A DNA stretch of 25,865 nt from a virus (Duplodnaviria > Caudoviricetes), in IMG/VR virus record IMGVR_UViG_3300020044_004791, positions 1 to 25,865 of that record; one strand, 5' to 3'. Below, one piece after another: positions 23,807-25,865 of this stretch; position 1 is the first letter of the stretch; every line of letters begins with the position of its first letter. Position numbers and translations under genes: made by a program. The notes under the pieces were generated by a model. That model saw nothing but the letters and a program-made list of their open reading frames with translations. It searched no databases and was not told where the DNA came from.

Positions 23807-25865
23807 TTACCTGCTCGTTGGGACTGATCTTGCCGCAGATTGGTTTACGGCATAGATAGTCATTTTATTTTTTGCAAGGAATTGCTGTGCTGATTGAGTA
23901 TCAATCGCTTGCATATTGGCAATGTAAGGTCCGTTGTAAGTTACTGATTGACCTTTGCCCATTGCTGAAGAAAGACGATTGTTCGGAATAATTGTCCCTG
24001 AGGTTCGAGGAATAAATATTTCAGGTCCCGCCTCTCCCACAATAGATGGTTGATTGACAGGCGGTGAGCCGCCGTCTGCGAATCCGGGAAGACTAAAGCC
24101 CATCGCTCCTGCCGCCATCTTGACCATTTGCAACATTTGGAATTTCAAGATCATTGCCATGATGTCTTGTATTACGCTCTTAGCAAAATCTTTAAATGAA
24201 AACTTACCAGTCCTCACGAATGTATCAATAGCAGAATTCATATTGCTGACAAAAGAGCCAAACATATCTTGAGCCAATTGACCATAGTTCTGTGCGTTCT
24301 TAACGTATTGCTCAAAGGCATAATTCCAGCCCGTCACAAAATCTTCTTGACGTTTGCGTTCTGCCTCGACTCCTGCTTGACGAATGTTTGAAAGTTGACG
24401 CTCTGTCGCTTCTGCCCCATTGATCAATGCCATTCCTTGTTTATATTCAGTCGAGTATTCTTTTCCTGCCCATTGAGCCTTGAGTTCATTTCGCTGAAAT
24501 TCAAAATTCAGCAATTTTTCTTGAAGTGCTAATTCCTCTCTCTGTTTTTCAAAAGCAAAAGTAGTCATGTGAACTCGCTCGTTTTCGAGTCGAGCCTGAT
24601 CCCCTTTGATTGCCGCCAATCTTGATTCATTGTCAATCTGTCGCTCAGTAAATTGAATTGCTAAGTTTCGCTTTGCGTTAATCAATTCATCTCGCTGTTC
24701 ACGCTCTTGCTCGGCTTTTTTCAAGTCATGATTAAATTGTTGCTGAATAATTCCTTTTTGAGCCGCACTTAGATTTTCTGCTTTTAAAGCCTCTGCCCGC
24801 ATTTGCTCTGCTTTTGCTAAATCCTCTTGCAATTGAACTGCACTTAGTGAAAGAGCCAATTCGTCTTGACTGCCTGTCAAATACATCATTTGAAATTCGT
24901 GTCGGCGTTGATCAAGTTGAAGCATCTCTTTTGCCAATTTGAGTTTTGCTTGAGCGGCGGCAATGGTTCTGCGGTCGCCAGTCTTTCCTGATTCAGGTGT
25001 GCCGCCACCCTCTTTAACTACTGGCTCAATTGCGTCAGTTTCGGCATCAGCACTTTCAAAGGCTTTCATTGCCCCAAAGTAAGCCGCCAAGCCTGCACCC
25101 GCCATAGCAATGCCCCTGATACCCCCCGCCGCCGATAAAGCCATGCCAAGAGCCGCAGTTGATTTGAGAGCCGTATTCAATGCCCTGAAAGCGGCAACCA
25201 ATTTAAACATTCCGCTTACTACTGCTACCGCCGTAATGGCGACCATCGCAGATTTGAATTGATTGACAGACGGAACGAAATCGCCTCCTGTAAATACTTT
25301 AAAGAATTCTGCGAATGCCAATTTCAAATTGAGCATCATTCGATCAATACGATCGCCTAGTTCTGCCCATGCTTTGAGCGCCTGTTCTTGGCGACGGAAT
25401 TCAGCCGTGGATTGACCAAGTGCCTCGGCAATCTCTTCGACTGATTTGTGTAAGCCTCCTCGACCGAGAATCTCTTTGACTGCTTTGATTCGATCGTATG
25501 TGTTGCCGATCCCTGCCAGCCCTTGATACACCCGAGTCAATGCTTGCTCAGGGTTCATCGATCTCAATTCTTGAAAAGAAATCCCCAAGTCCTCAAAGGT
25601 TGCTATTGCCGCTTCATTTCCCTGTTGAGCCTCTGCAATCTTGGCAAACATCGTCGCCATGATCTTGCCAGCGTCTTCAGACTTACCACCCGCCTGAATG
25701 ATGGCGTTTTGAAACTGTAAAACTTTTGCTATGCTTACATCGTATGTCTTTGAAAGATCATCAAGATTGCCAGCCAATGTTAGGACTGAGTGAGACATTG
25801 CCGCAAAGCCAGCAACAGAAAGACCAGCCGCTCCTCCTAATTGATTGAAGAGGTTGTTCAATTTC
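23807..25865 (-). CDS. Tail tape measure protein, 5'-truncated by window edge
   Basis: Long helical A/E/Q/K-rich protein with hydrophobic segments; lambda-type FVRTGKFSFKDFAKSVIQD; FADGG...VGEAGPEIFIP. Confidence 0.93.
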   Translation of the reverse strand, partial: KLNNLFNQLGGAAGLSVAGFAAMSHSVLTLAGNLDDLSKTYDVSIAKVLQFQNAIIQAGGKSEDAGKIMATMFAKIAEAQQGNEAAIATFEDLGISFQELRSMNPEQALTRVYQGLAGIGNTYDRIKAVKEILGRGGLHKSVEEIAEALGQSTAEFRRQEQALKAWAELGDRIDRMMLNLKLAFAEFFKVFTGGDFVPSVNQFKSAMVAITAVAVVSGMFKLVAAFRALNTALKSTAALGMALSAAGGIRGIAMAGAGLAAYFGAMKAFESADAETDAIEPVVKEGGGTPESGKTGDRRTIAAAQAKLKLAKEMLQLDQRRHEFQMMYLTGSQDELALSLSAVQLQEDLAKAEQMRAEALKAENLSAAQKGIIQQQFNHDLKKAEQEREQRDELINAKRNLAIQFTERQIDNESRLAAIKGDQARLENERVHMTTFAFEKQREELALQEKLLNFEFQRNELKAQWAGKEYSTEYKQGMALINGAEATERQLSNIRQAGVEAERKRQEDFVTGWNYAFEQYVKNAQNYGQLAQDMFGSFVSNMNSAIDTFVRTGKFSFKDFAKSVIQDIMAMILKFQMLQMVKMAAGAMGFSLPGFADGGSPPVNQPSIVGEAGPEIFIPRTSGTIIPNNRLSSAMGKGQSVTYNGPYIANMQAIDTQSAQQFLAKNKMTIYAVNQSAARSVPTSR

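Noticed and set aside
1-25865. CRISPR array, tRNA, integrase, or alternative genetic code
   Set aside because: No regularly spaced repeats, cloverleaf or recombinase motifs were seen, and genes are intact and tightly packed in the standard code.

Overview
Part of a long-tailed dsDNA phage genome, with gene content typical of proteobacterial siphophages. It has four modules. (1) 1-3810 (-): a 7-deazaguanine DNA-modification operon encoding a wHTH-like protein, ParB-N, a DpdA/TGT-like transglycosylase, QueC, FolE, QueD and a purine phosphoribosyltransferase that the ORF track missed and that runs off the left edge. (2) 3860-7553 (-): early/recombination genes (DUF932, SSB, YqaJ exonuclease, Sak3/DUF1071). 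(3) 7621-10531 (+): RusA, replication and nuclease genes. (4) 10500-25865 (-): lysis and tail genes. The most striking unexplained structure is a ~120-nt structured element just downstream of ssb (5496-5615, minus strand). It ends in an intrinsic terminator and displays two anti-Shine-Dalgarno loops. One loop is the reverse complement of an extended RBS motif, (AC)CACGAAAAGGA, found in exact or near-exact form before seven early genes on both strands. This is a candidate phage trans-acting sRNA regulon. Also notable are a QueC lacking its zinc-binding cysteines, a shared GTAATAGTC promoter box, and selective restriction-site avoidance. All calls come from reading motifs by eye; no searches or computations were run.
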